From Octopus bimaculoides (taxonomy: Eukaryota): a stretch of DNA of 55,409 bases. The DNA is taken from positions 34,751,655 to 34,807,063 of the forward strand of contig NC_068997.1 of assembly GCF_001194135.2 (NCBI RefSeq). The letters run 5' to 3'. Below, one piece after another: positions 1 to 12,496 of the stretch. The first letter of the stretch is position 1. Each line of letters begins with the position of its first letter. The position numbers and the translations under genes were made by a program. The notes under the pieces were generated by a model, which ran no database searches, was not told where the DNA came from, and was given only the letters and a program-made list of their open reading frames with translations.

Positions 1-142
1 TTTTTTTTTTTTTTTTTTTTGCTTTTTGGTTTAGAAGAGGAGAAAAATCTGTTGTTCGCTGAAAGGGAAAAAGAGAGGAAGCGGGACAACTGAGAAAGAG
101 AAAGAAAAGCAAAGAAGGGACAAGATAGACAGAGAGAATGAG

Positions 143-611
143 GCTTCTTTTCAATGATATTGTATCGATGTGGTCAACCAATTGAAATTTAATTACTATT
201 CAAGACGTTATTCTTGATTCAGTCATTGTTTCCGAAAGCATCCTTTGTCTCTCCTTTTCCCTCTCATTATATACATATCAACAGAGTTGTAAATATACAC
301 ATCTCCTCATTATATATGTATTGACATGTTTATGAACAAGGAAGGGAGGGGAGGACGAGAGTAGAAGGTATTGGCTAAATGACCTTTCAAAATGTCAATT
401 TTATGAAGAAGGATGAGAAAGGTAAGAAAAAACAAAAAAAAAACGGAAGGAGAAAATGAAGGAGAATGACAGAAGCTTCTTTTCAATGATATTGCATCGG
501 TATGGGCAACCCGTTGAAGTTTAATTACAATTCAAGATGTTATTCTTGATTCAGTCATTGTTTTCGAAAGCATCCCTTCCTTTTTCTTTTATCTTCTCTC
601 ATTATACACAT
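143..611. repeat. Diverged direct duplication of a ~135 bp core (143-276 and 475-611), offset ~332 bp
   Basis: gcttcttttcaatgatattg...ttattcttgattcagtcattgtt...gaaagcatcc...ctctcattata recurs at 143 and 475. ttagaagaggagaaa also recurs at ~31 and ~724. Confidence 0.85.
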
Positions 612-1029
612 AAAAATATGTTTGTGAATATATAAATATATACTAGAACTAAAGAAATGATGCGTGTGTGAGTGTGTGTGTGTATGTGTGCGCGTGTGTG
701 TGTATGTGTGCATATATGTTTGCTTAGAAGAGGAGAAAGATACATATAAATAGGTTTGTGGGTACACACATTACATTTTGAGGACTGAGAAAGTGATTCT
801 TAAGTGAGTGCAGTTTCAATTATGAAGTATGAAATAAATTTAGAGTACAAAGCCCAATGAAAACGTACATTCATTCTAATGCTGATTGCTTTAAAATGGT
901 ATGCTTGGAGAGGGCCATTCAAGTGCTTGCATTATTTCTCCCCATTTGTGTTAGCTGAGCACAGCGCCTATGTGAGTTAACTACGGAGTGTTCATAATTT
1001 GCTTCATTTGAAGGGGTGTTCATGCATAT

Positions 1030-1340
1030 TGTCTCTACTTCTCTTTCCAACATTTAGTTCTGGAGAGAAATTTTTGATAAAATGCAGTTCTATTGTGTTT
1101 CAGAACTTTGGGTCATCACTAAAGAATTTGTACCGTTTCGTTTTCCTGTCTTCTTTTCCGTCCGCCACTACCCTCCACGAAAATAATTTAATTTGTGTTC
1201 GTGGGAAGAACCATTTCAACGATGCGTACTGCCTTAATTCTTCGAAACGCCGGTGTTTTAATGGTGGCAGCTGATGAAGGTGGCTTGCTTATTTGTTGTA
1301 CCTTGTTTATCATTTTGTCCATGTTCTTTTGCCACGTCAT
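1030..1340 (-). mobile_element. Possible Penelope-like element 3' remnant
   Basis: Minus strand reads IELHFIKNFSPELNV, resembling the PLE C-terminus at 5340-5385 (KEKDFIKKFKPTLN). Adjacent gaaac and ctgatga motifs lie on the plus strand. Confidence 0.35.
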
Positions 1341-1489
1341 GTACCCAGTTATTTATCTATATGTACATGTAGATGAAGGTATGTACATATATATGCATAT
1401 ACTCATATATTGTTTATATATATATATATATATATATATACATAGGCACACACATACATACACACAAACACACGTGTGTGTGTGTGTGT

Positions 1490-1640
1490 GATTTGTGTTT
1501 ATCCCCCCCCCCCGTGGCGTTCAGCAAAAAGCCCGATAGAATAAGTGCCAGGCTTTAGAAATAAGTACTGGGCTCAATCCATTCGACTAAAAATTCTTCA
1601 AGGTGGTCTTAAGACTGAAACAAAGAAAAGATAAAAGAAA
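1490..1640 (+). mobile_element. SINE 3' portion (Octopus-type tRNA-derived family)
   Basis: gatagaataagt...ataagtactggg...cattcgactaaaaattcttcaaggtgg...gactgaaac...aaaagat tail, matching the fuller copies at 49478-49875 and 54505-54902. Confidence 0.75.
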
Positions 1641-1769
1641 TCAGTGTAAGGCAGTCAAATCTGTTTCACTATATATGACTTCACGACATTAGCTCTTGTC
1701 ACATGTGATCACATTACAGTTTTTAATCACAATGTATCATTTCAAGACTTTATCTCCTGTTACAAAATA

Positions 1770-1995
1770 TGTCGCCGCCCATAACACGGAGGAGAAAAAA
1801 ATCAATGAGAGCAAGAGTTTAAGTTTGTGCCGGTTGCCGTCGAGACGTCAGGTGTTCTAGGACTCCATACCACTTATTTCCTCCACAAAATATGGATAGA
1901 AACAGCCTGTCGGAGAAATGAGTCCCGCAAGCTGAAGTGGCTACTGCAGCAAGTTTTGCTAACCATTCTCCGTTGCAACGCCATTGTGGGCTTTG
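1770..1995 (+). mobile_element. RLE endonuclease C-terminal fragment of a CRE-like non-LTR retrotransposon
   Basis: AAHNTEEKK, then FVPVAVETSGVLG...FLHKI...KWLLQQVLLTILRCNA, matching the FVPxAVETxGxxG...QRLSxAxxRGNA C-terminal signature of CRE-type elements. Confidence 0.65.
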
Positions 1996-3729
1996 TCACC
2001 CACTTTTTTCTCCAGTCTTCTTTTCTTGTCTTTTTCATCGTTTTAAAGTGCATACCAGTAAAGAAAGTCAAAAGAAACATGATTTTCACTAACTCCAACC
2101 AATACGTATCAAGGACAAGAAACACTAACGATTTTAACTAAAATACAAAACATAGTTACTTATATCTTGAATCTTTATTGACACCAAAATTAAATTGTCC
2201 GTTGTCTATTACAGCTCATCAGACTATTTTATATCTTCAAGCTTCTCTCTGAAATGTAATATCAGCACGTGTGTAGAATACACTCTCCCCGACACTCATA
2301 TCTCTCAATTGAATATCAGCACCAAAGGTTTAACATTTCCCCCTCCGACTCCTCTAGATACATCTATTTCTCCTTTCACTCACCGAAAACTTCGAACAAC
2401 TCCAAGTCCTCGAATGTATCTCTTCTTACACTAGGTACAAGTATTTCACTTCAAGACTAGAATGAGGATCAGTAACTAGAAATTCCGAATACCAACTCAC
2501 ACAGATTCAGCTTCGAAGAGATACTGAGCACACTGTTGCTTATTACATCTCATTCTTAGCAGTATGACATTATCATTATTGTGTGTGTGTATACACGTAT
2601 AGTCTGTGTGTTTGTATGTGTCTCTGTTCGTATGTATATGTACACAGATATTCATAGATTGAGATATATATCAATTCAGGCACACCGGAACAGACCCGAA
2701 TATATTCCATCAATGAAGTAATCACTTGCAACGAGACATAAGCTCTCTGGGGAAAAACATAATGTTCGACCTCTGAGTCAAGAGAAAATTACGATTTATT
2801 AAATGTTTCTAGACAAATCGATTAACAATGATTGACTCAAACAACATAACAAAACAAAAGCTAAGAATACTTTATAGATTGAACATGAGTAATATAGGAG
2901 CTTCATTTTCTTGAAGAGACAATGTTTTAGAATAAAACTCATTATGCTGTATTAGAATAGTGGACCTTGATTTAAAATGATCGACTACTGTAGTCCAGCA
3001 TTAGAACATAATCAGCAACTATTTCCGGCTTATTAGGCCAAGATAATATTTGAAACAAGGATGTTACCACTGAAACTGCTAAACTGATATTGATATTTTG
3101 AGGTATCTTGCAATTACGTCTGCAGAAATTGTCAATATTTATGATTATTTTTTTTACTGAAGTGGAAAGTATGCTTGCACACATGCACGCACTTTCTTGC
3201 GGTCTACTCTCTCTGTCTGTCTATCTCTGTCTCTGTCTCTCTCTCTCACGCGCGCGCAGGCATACACTCATAATACAGCTGAGAGTGTAGAAGCTTGGCA
3301 AGTAGAGCATGTATCGTGAATCTACATTCCTATCAAGCATTTCGGTGCTTTCTACACCTATATTCCAGACATTCTAGAGACCGCATTTCACTGTTATGAA
3401 AAATAGGCATTAAATATACATATATACTTTATGCATGTATGTATGTATGTATGTATAGATCGGAAGNNNNNNNNNNNNNNNNNNNNNNNNNNNNNNNNNN
3501 NNNNNNNNNNNNNNNNNNNNNNNNNNNNNNNNNNNNNNNNNNNNNNNNNNNNNNNNNNNNNNNNNNNNNNNNNNNNNNNNNNNNNNNNNNNNNNNNNNNN
3601 NNNNNNNNNNNNNNNNNNNNNNNNNNNNNNNNNNNNNNNNNNNNNNNNNNNNNNNNNNNNNNNNNNNNNNNNNNNNNNNNNNNNNNNNNNNNNNNNNNNN
3701 NNNNNNNNCATATATATATATATATATAT

Positions 3730-3895
3730 ACAACAGGCTTCTTTCAGTATCCGTCTACCAAATCCACTCACAAGGCTTTGGTCATCCCGAGGATATAGTA
3801 GAAGACACTTGCCCAAGGTGCCACGTAGTGGGAATGAACCCAGAATCATGTGGTTGGTAAGCAAGCTACTTACCACACAGCCACTTCTACGCCTC
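3730..3895 (-). mobile_element. tRNA-derived SINE 5' half
   Basis: Reverse complement gives tggctgtgtggtaag (A box), gggttcattccc (B box) and aaagccttgtgagtggatttggtagacgga, the same family as 49478 and 54505. Confidence 0.85.
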
Positions 3896-3896
3896 C

Positions 3897-3961
<65 letters not shown>

Positions 3962-4089
3962 CGTGCGCGCGCGTGTGTGTGTGTTCGTGCGCGCGTGTAT
4001 GTATGTATATATGTATAATATGGTAAGAACTCTTCCCTTTTTGAACGCAAACACCCTAATGTACACATTATAAACAAAAAAACATGAAC

Positions 4090-5600
4090 AAAATAAATAT
4101 TTCTCTGATCAGACCATTAGACGTAGGAACACCAGATCATTTTCAAAACCTCAACAAAGATTACCTACAAAGAACTGGGCAAATAACCGACCTAGAACCG
4201 GAAACAATAGTAGACCATTCTCTCAGATCATTAAAACCAATACTTACAAATTGAAAAGGAAAATGTATAATTCCGAAAATAGGACGGCAAACATAACAAT
4301 GCCAGGTAAAATAACACAACGAAAACACAAACTTCAAGTCAACACTGGTTGCTAGTTTTGATATTTTATCTTCAATAAGACTGTCGATTGCTTCATATTT
4401 GGCTTTGTATTGGGATTGTTTAGACAAGGTAATAGAGATGACGGTCCTAAATTTTGTTAAGGCGAGATCCCATCGGAGTTTTGTTTCTTCCTCTGGTTCT
4501 CCTGTAATTTCTTTAATTAGGTACTTCCGAGGAAGTATGGGTGCCGTTAAGGAAATCAAATTCAATCTTACTAAGCTTTGATGTAGTAAGCCTTTACACC
4601 AATATCCCACATGATTTAGGAATAAAGGCGATCGAATACTGGGTAGATAAACACAGAGAAGCAATTCCCAACAGATTCACGGTGACATTTATACTAAACT
4701 CAGTGAGACTTATCCTGGAAAATTAAAGGCACGGCTATGGGAACGAGGTTTGCTCCCGTTTATGCGAATTCGGTGATGGGTTACAAACTCTACCAGGAAA
4801 TAGAAGAGAGATACAACACTGAATTTAGGAAGTTTATTGAAAAAGCATGGAAGAGATACCTTGATGATTGCTTTATAATCTGGACAAAATCTCAAAACAC
4901 TGTGGAAGAATTCAACACCCTCCTGAACAACCTACACCCATCCATCCAATTTACAACGGAGATGAGCAGTACCAAATTACCATTTCTAGATATAATGGTA
5001 GTTAAAAAGAACACNNNNNNNNNNNNNNNNNNNNNNNNNNNNNATACCGGCCCATACATGAACACAAAAACAGGGAAAATATTCACCAATGCGAACAAGA
5101 ACTGCAGAAGTAGAAATCTAATCTACTGCATCAAATGCCCTAATTGTGAAGAACTGTACGTTGGCCAGACTGGTAATGCACTATCGGAACGCTCACGTGT
5201 GCATCGACAACAGATTAAAAACCCAGAAGTCCGCCAAATACTACTGAGTAACCATCTGGCAACATGTGGTCGTGAAACCTTTATGATATTTCCATTCCAT
5301 AAACTTTACAACCTGAATGAAATTGAGAGAAAACGCAAAGAAAAGGACTTTATTAAGAAATTCAAACCCACTCTTAACAAACAATGATTAAATTTATCTT
5401 ACTTGGGGTTTAAAAATCTTATCCCTATAACTTAAACACAAAAAATCTCTGAAATAAACTTGGCATCATTTCTAAAAATAGCCAACCACCTACTGCTGCT
5501 GTCCAAAGGAATAGGTATAAAAGACAAAAGAACAGCCAGTCTGTTACAGTCTTGATGAATGCTAATAGGCATGAAAGTATATACTAGCCTTTATATATTT
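4090..5600 (+). mobile_element. Penelope-like element (Neptune-like), decayed RT + GIY-YIG endonuclease, with 3' pLTR
   Basis: SFDVVSLYTNIPH; MGTRFAPVYAN; WKRYLDDCFIIW; LHPSIQFT..LPFLD; NCRSRNLIYCIKCPNCEELYVGQTG (GIY-YIG) ending FIKKFKPTLN at 5387. Frameshifted, with a small N gap at 5014-5043. Confidence 0.93.
5544..5594 (+). ncRNA. Degenerate type I minimal hammerhead ribozyme in the PLE 3' pLTR
   Basis: tacagtc-TTGATGA-atgc/taatag/gcat-GAAA-gtatatac-TA-gccttta. Stem II is perfect and stem III palindromic, but C3 is T and stem I has two mismatches. Confidence 0.6.
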
Positions 5601-5768
5601 AATTCTCTATATTTAATACTCAAAATTTCATATATTCAATAAGACATTCAATACTTCATTTCATTTTACTATTTATATTATATTATATATTCCATATTCT
5701 ATATCCCACGTTAATTTTATAAGAATATAAATAAAACATAAAAAACAGAGTTGGAACTCTTTTAAATA

Positions 5769-5802
<34 letters not shown>

Positions 5803-6626
5803 GTATATATATATGCATGTATGTANNNNNNNNNNNNNNNNNNNNNNNNNNNNNNNNNNNNNNNNNNNNNNNNNNNNNNNNNNNNNNNNNNNNNNNNNNN
5901 NNNNNNNNNNNNNNNNNNNNNNNNNNNNNNNNNNNNNNNNNNNNNNNNNNNNNNNNNNNNNNNNNNNNNNNNNNNNNNNNNNNNNNNNNNNNNNNNNNNN
6001 NNNNNNNNNNNNNNNNNNNNNNNNNNNNNNNNNNNNNNNNNNNNNNNNNNNNNNNNNNNNNNNNNNNNNNNNNNNNNNNNNNNNNNNNNNNNNNNNNNNN
6101 NNNNNNNNNNNNNNNNNNNNNNNNNNNNNNNNNNNNNNNNNNNNNNNNNNNNNNNNNNNNNNNNNNNNNNNNNNNNNNNNNNNNNNNNNNNNNNNNNNNN
6201 NNNNNNNNNNNNNNNNNNNNNNNNNNNNNNNNNNNNNNNNNNNNNNNNNNNNNNNNNNNNNNNNNNNNNNNNNNNNNNNNNNNNNNNNNNNNNNNNNNNN
6301 NNNNNNNNNNNNNNNNNNNNNNNNNNNNNNNNNNNNNNNNNNNNNNNNNNNNNNNNNNNNNNNNNNNNNNNNNNNNNNNNNNNNNNNNNNNNNNNNNNNN
6401 NNNNNNNNNNNNNNNNNNNNNNNNNNNNNNNNNNNNNNNNNNNNNNNNNNNNNNNNNNNNNNNNNNNNNNNNNNNNNNNNNNNNNNNNNNNNNNNNNNNN
6501 NNNNNNNNNNNNNNNNNNNNNNNNNNNNNNNNNNNNNNNNNNNNNNNNNNNNNNNNNNNNNNNNNNNNNNNNNNNNNNNNNNNNNNNNNNNNNNNNNNNN
6601 NNNNNNNNNNNNNNNNNNNNNNNNNN

Positions 6627-7061
6627 ATATAAGGATTTACTTTTCGTAATGAGATTAAAAAAAGCCAAGGCTGTGTATAATATAATAGAACATTTATAAA
6701 TAGAATGTCTTACAGCTGTTTCCAGGATATTTTTTACATCCCTTCATCGGAGACGGTGTGAGAGGATGATTAAGCAATAGTTAGTTTTGTTAAGATAGGA
6801 AATAGAGAGTGAATGTAGGGATATTGTATTTGTAAATCCATTGTTTAGGCAGAATGGCAAACATATAAGATTCCAATACCTTGTGAGTAATATCCAGTTG
6901 TCTTTAAGATTGGTCATTGCCTTTGTAAATCCATTATTAAGATTCCAATACCCAATGAGTAAAGTCCTGGAAACAGCTGTAAGACATTCTATTTATAAAT
7001 GTTCTATAGTATACACCGCCTTGGTTTTTTTTATCTCATTACGAAATGTAAATCCTTATAT
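6627..7061. mobile_element. Fold-back / MITE-like element with ~100 bp inverted arms (6627-6727 and 6965-7061)
   Basis: atataaggatttac...ttacagctgtttccagga is the reverse complement of tcctggaaacagctgtaa...gtaaatccttatat with few mismatches. The left end abuts an N gap, so the TSD is not visible. Confidence 0.75.
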
Positions 7062-7202
7062 TCACACGTTGATATATGACCTATGTTGGACCCTTATTCG
7101 TATAATCACCTAACCTGGAGTTTAACTGTGTTCTATCCATACCACTTATTCAGCATTACCTGAAACCTTTGGGTCTAATTGACACCACTATTGCTCATAA
7201 CC

Positions 7203-7303
<101 letters not shown>

Positions 7304-7449
7304 TATATGTGTTATGTATACATATATATAAATATATATTATATATGTTATATATACATATACATACACATGTAGTACATATGTCATTATTCCCATTATG
7401 GCAATTCTTGCGACGAAACTTGTGACAGACTCTATTGACTTTACTCTCT

Positions 7450-10230
7450 TATCTTGTACAACATAGGGATCGAAAGAGGGTAGCTTGTTTCATGGGTAAC
7501 ATACGGACTTTCACACAACCTTGCTCAGACCTGCTCAGGCGAGGATACACTAGTGTCGCCTCAATGTGCTCTGTCAATATAAACTGATTCAAGGCTTCCC
7601 GATACACATTAAGGAACGAATAATGAAAAGAGAGAAAAAATGAAATGAGCGAAGGTGAGATGAAACAAAAACATTTAGTTAAGAGAACTGAAGGATACAA
7701 GTGGGATTACTGAACTAGGAGTGTATGAAGGATTAGAAGGATTCGTTTATACTCGTCGGTGCCATGGTTCCAAGTTTTAATATGAAATGTTATTCTTTGC
7801 GCTTTTATGCGTGTGTGGATCGATGATTTGCAGTGGTACTGCACAGATAAATGGATAATGGAATGGCTCGTTGTGTTGAAGTGGGTGGAAGAGGTTGGCC
7901 GATCATACGTAGTAGTTTCGAATGTGCTGCCGAAAGTGATGAGCAAGACGATGCCTTTTTCCCCATTATAAACTTGTACCACTATATTTGTAGATGATAT
8001 AAATATATAAGATTAGAAGATGTGCAGCAGTTGTTTTAGATAATGTAGCACTGACTTAAGCCTAATAATGTTGTTAATGTAGGGATATGTGTTGCATTGA
8101 ATGCAGTCATATTGTAAAGCACCTGGCTGCGTATGACTGGGTACTTGGAGGTAGAGGAGTTTCCTATATTTCTTGAACAAAAGGAAAAGTGGTACGGGTC
8201 GATTGTGGAGTCAGAGAGTAGGATTTGGAAGTCGCAGACGCTGTGTTATTCAGAAGGAGAATTGGCAAGTGGAAAGTGAGGAAGGGTGGAATACAGTCTC
8301 TGTGTGTGCAAACTGAGGATAAAAGTGGACGGAGAGAACAGAAGTGCATGGAGATAGATAGAAACACTTTTAGTTACGATGAAGATGCCGAGAAAACTAA
8401 CAGTGTTGGATACGGCAGAAGTAAACTTCAAGGCGGTGTAAAAGGGTTAATGAAAGAGATAAACCTGCCAAGTTGCTATCTGGTGAACAGTCGTCAATAC
8501 AACGTTTGTATAACTCTCCTCCGTGTCACCTACGAAACGGTTTGTATAATTGGGACCCAATTGGGTTCCCATAGCAACCTCACTGGAGTGTTTGCAAAAT
8601 TCTCAGAGAAGGAAAAACAATTATGAGTTATAACGAGTTTAGAGGACGATGGCAGTGCTTAGTAAAGGAAGCGGGCGGAAGCCTAGAAAGTGGTAAGGAC
8701 TGTTTGACCATCGCAGTGGGAGATGACTGCGTAAGGCAATTTAATGCACCGCTTCGGTCGTAGAGAGCTAGTTGAAGAGGTTTAAGGCATGGTTGGTGTC
8801 TTTACAATCTGGGTAAGGCGGCAACGAAAAATAGAACAATATTTTGTAATGATAAGCAGAGAGGAGTTCAGTAAAGATAAGCAGTGAGTAGTTAAAGGCG
8901 GAGATGATAGGGTGGCCTGGAACGTCTGATTTGTGAATTTGTAGGTCGGAATAGATGATGGTGTTTCGGAGTGTGCTTGAAATGAGAGAATAGGAAGTGA
9001 ACCGGAAGAGATAAATGGAAGCATAATGGTAGAGATTCGTTTTTTGTTGTAGCTATGAAATCGTTTGGTAATTTTTTGTAGATGATTGTTGAATTGACGG
9101 TGTATCTTGTTTGACTATGACGGCGCCGATATTATCGACCAGTTTAATTATGATGTCTTGCTATTTGCGGAGTTTCGGAGGGGTGGGACGTTGAATTCCG
9201 ATGGAAGAAGTTTTTACTTTCTTAGCCGTTTGTTTCAAAATCGAAACGTCCCTTATAAAGATTGATCCCACTTTCGGAATGGTCTGTGAGAGAAAGATTT
9301 CTAGGGGTGGCAAGACACCAGATGTCATGACCGATGTGCAAGAAGTGCGATGCTGCTGTAGGAAAAGACAAAGTTTGCTGTATATTTGGGTAGCCAACAA
9401 ATTCACTGTTGAGGTGTCGCTTTTGAAAATATAATGAATGAAGTTGCATGGAAAAGCAGAATGCAGAAAGAATAGAACAGTTGTAGGTTAGCTCTCCTTT
9501 TAAGCGGCTGCGTTAGGTGCATAAGGAACGTTTTGAAGAAGAATCGAATATGTGAAAAACTTTGGGAGGATATTTTGTGAAATGACCTTACAGTTGGCTG
9601 AAAATTCGGCTAAAAGCCACGTGGAATAATGTCGAGACAAAAAACAACGTCCAAGAAAATGTAAGTATCAGAAGCTAATTGTTTTAAAACAGAAAAGTAG
9701 AATATCGTAATGCAATAAATAAAGGTATTAGAGGAGAAAAACAGAAGATATCTTTTTATGGCGTGCTACATATCTCAGTTGAAGTGTTTAAGGTAAGACA
9801 CTGTAAAGGAGATGTTTCACAGAATTCAGTTGATATATCATATAAAACAGAATCCAAGGTGAGTGGTTGTGGTCTGTGTTAACAAGTCTAGTGATATATG
9901 AGAAAAGTGATAAAAGGAGTACTGTAAAATTTCCGTGGAGAGTGGAGTATCCAAAGTTTCGGAGAGAGTCTCTCTTCACTTAAGATGATATGGGAGGGAG
10001 AGACAGCGGAATTTTACATCCTCAATGTTTGAGCAATTGACAGCAACTGAGATGAGGCACAATGCAACGTGAGGTTGTATACGTAGACATGAAATAGTAG
10101 GAGAGACAAAACAGGTGAAAGAAAAAGAAGGAACAAGAAATGAAAAGAGAAAGAGAGGGAAGATGAGGGGTAAGAATGGGATTACTAAACTAAGTGTGAA
10201 AGAAGGATTAGAAGAAGTATGTTCATTTAA
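7450..10230 (-). mobile_element. Old near-full-length Penelope-like element (Neptune-like) with direct pLTR remnants
   Basis: Minus-strand pieces include SNLIY, RLAHHFRQHI, HFNTTSHSIIHLSV (GIY-YIG), TTFPF..ARC linker and decayed RT-region text. Direct repeat 7702-7740 vs 10177-10215 is 33/39 identical. Confidence 0.65.
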
Positions 10231-10285
10231 ACCAGTCTGTGCCATATATGCGTGTGTGTGTATCATATATATGATACATACATGT

Positions 10286-10316
<31 letters not shown>

Positions 10317-10449
10317 ATCATTCATCTGATTTTTTTATCTGACAATGGTCTAGGGCTATATAATAAATAAATAAGTGAATAAATAAGAGGAGAAAAGAAG
10401 GACGATGAGAGAGAAATATTTGCACGAAGTGCACAATGGTGTTCACTTA

Positions 10450-11380
10450 TACCAGGGCTGTAAATGCTGTGAATTGTGAGCTTCCCTTTCATACTCTGCT
10501 ATAGAGACTCGTAAAGATTCAAAAGCCACTGAACCCTTGTTGCTTGCTTCCTTTCATAGAAACCTGTCTCCAGTAAGATTCTCCTGTGATTTTCTGTTGA
10601 TCCTGCAGTCTTTCAAGCCTGGTTTCCATCCATTTTTGAATCTCTTACAAGACGCACCAACAACGCCTCTCCATTTGCAAGCTTAGAATTGAAGATTACC
10701 TTTGCCAGTCTCATACAGGGCTTTTGACAACGTATCCAGTCCAACGCAGCTGGATTAGCTTTAGGTTGACTAACAAACGGGGAAGACTAACACCCCTGAG
10801 AACCCCAGTTTTGTGAATTTTATCCAGCTACTTTGTTTACAAATTTTCAATAAATGATGAAGACGTTCGCATGGAACAGCTATAATGGTCCAAGTTTCCG
10901 CACCACGGAGTAGGGCTGGAAGGATTACAGCATTGTAAACTTTGATTTTTATCTACGCAAATATCTGGGCTATTCCTCACTCTTTGCCGCAGTTTTCCAA
11001 AAGCTGCACTCACCACTTAAATGACGATACTTCATCATTAATGGCAGACGTTTAAGAACAGTGTACTTTCAAAACATTCTAAGTTCTCCACATTTTCAAC
11101 TCAGTCCCACTTATTTTTATTCCTATAGGTACACACTGCACATGACCTGAAGATAAATTGATCGACATAAGATTGCATGCTGGACTCATCTGGTGCAAAC
11201 CGTCTGCAAATAACATGTTACAAGCTCTTAAACGCTTAACTTTGATTTTTGGTTCAAATCTACGATGATTAAAGGAGTAGCCATCATAGTTGTACCTAAT
11301 GTCAAATTCCAGTTGAAGGTATTCTGGTCCGTGCAACAAAGCAGAAAACAAGGTACTGAGGAGAGGAACCAAGCCACATA
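10450..11380 (-). mobile_element. RTE-clade LINE 3' fragment
   Basis: PLLSTLFSALLH...DGYSFNHRRFEPKIKV..MLFAD (RTE RT domains 4-5), followed by a decayed C-terminus (LANGEALLVRL). Confidence 0.75.
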
Positions 11381-11421
11381 TCTTATCGTGCTTCAGATCA
11401 TCGTGACAGGAAATGGTCTGA

Positions 11422-11489
<68 letters not shown>

Positions 11490-12270
11490 GCGCGTGCGTG
11501 CGTGTAGATTTGTCTGTTTTGTCTTATGTATGTATTCTCATGCATATAGTTGCATGTCTAGACATGCTCGTATATACTTAAATGATAAACTTCTGGAAAG
11601 TTTTACTGATTTTTACAGTTCCAATGATGGGTTGGATCTATCGTCTTTGAATCAGCTTTTCTTTTCTGGTTTTGACATGCTAATTTTTCTACATCGGTAT
11701 TTAGGGAATGTGTTATGCCAGTGACCCAGTAATTATAGGTATAATGCTGAACTTGTAATCGTGATAGGGTGATTGTAGATTTCTCAGTGTAAGTTACAGG
11801 TACAACGAAGGACAAACCTCGCTGCTGCTCTTTTTACCAAAATTAGTAGTCAAAGTTTCCTCGTATTCCCCCTTTAAAAATAGACATATTTGATAGTAAT
11901 TGTAGATAAACTATACCTGAATAAGATTTGTATCTAACAGTTAGAATTACCATTGGCAGTTTTGTTCTATAAGAGTATATATATGCACACACATATTCAT
12001 ACACAAATACTCACACATACACAAACACGCACACACACGTGCACACACACACGCACACACACATACACACACATACACACACGCACATAATCACTTTGGA
12101 GTTTTCGAACTTCTAGAATGTAAGGAAAATGTATATCTATGTATGAGGTTGCAGACGCGCGTGTGTGTGTTTGTGTGTTTGTGTGTGAGTGTGTGTGTGT
12201 TTGTGTGTGTTTGTGTGTATGTGTATACGTGCGTGCGTGCACGGTAGTACAATAGTTTGAATGTCGAATA

Positions 12271-12441
12271 TACGAGGGAGTGCTGAAAAGTTCCTGGATT
12301 TAAGGGTGTTGCGAAAGGCCTGGTTTGAGGCCCAACCTTCGGAGTTCCTATAGAACTAAGTGATGTGAATCTGGGGGGAGAATATGCTGAACAAAATCAT
12401 AATTAACTGATCCTCCTGTAGTTTCTTATACCCCACTCGTA
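12271..12441 (+). mobile_element. Internally deleted mariner / MITE, TA-flanked
   Basis: TA-CGAGGGAGTGCTGAAAAGTT at the left end and ...ccccactcg-TA at the right end. Internal gtgaatctggggggagaatatgctgaa resembles the mariner transposase C-terminus (GxYVE). Confidence 0.7.
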
Positions 12442-12496
12442 TAAGCCTTGCAGTAATTTTTCAGCTCTTTTTGTTTTGAGTCAAATTCGGAAGCTC

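Noticed and set aside
148-225. Duplicated core as a box C/D snoRNA
   Set aside because: Box C (ATGATA) and box D (TTGA) are both non-canonical in both copies.
1238-1285. gaaacgccggtgtt...ctgatgaagg as a type II hammerhead
   Set aside because: The cleavage position would be U, and neither stem I nor stem II pairs convincingly.
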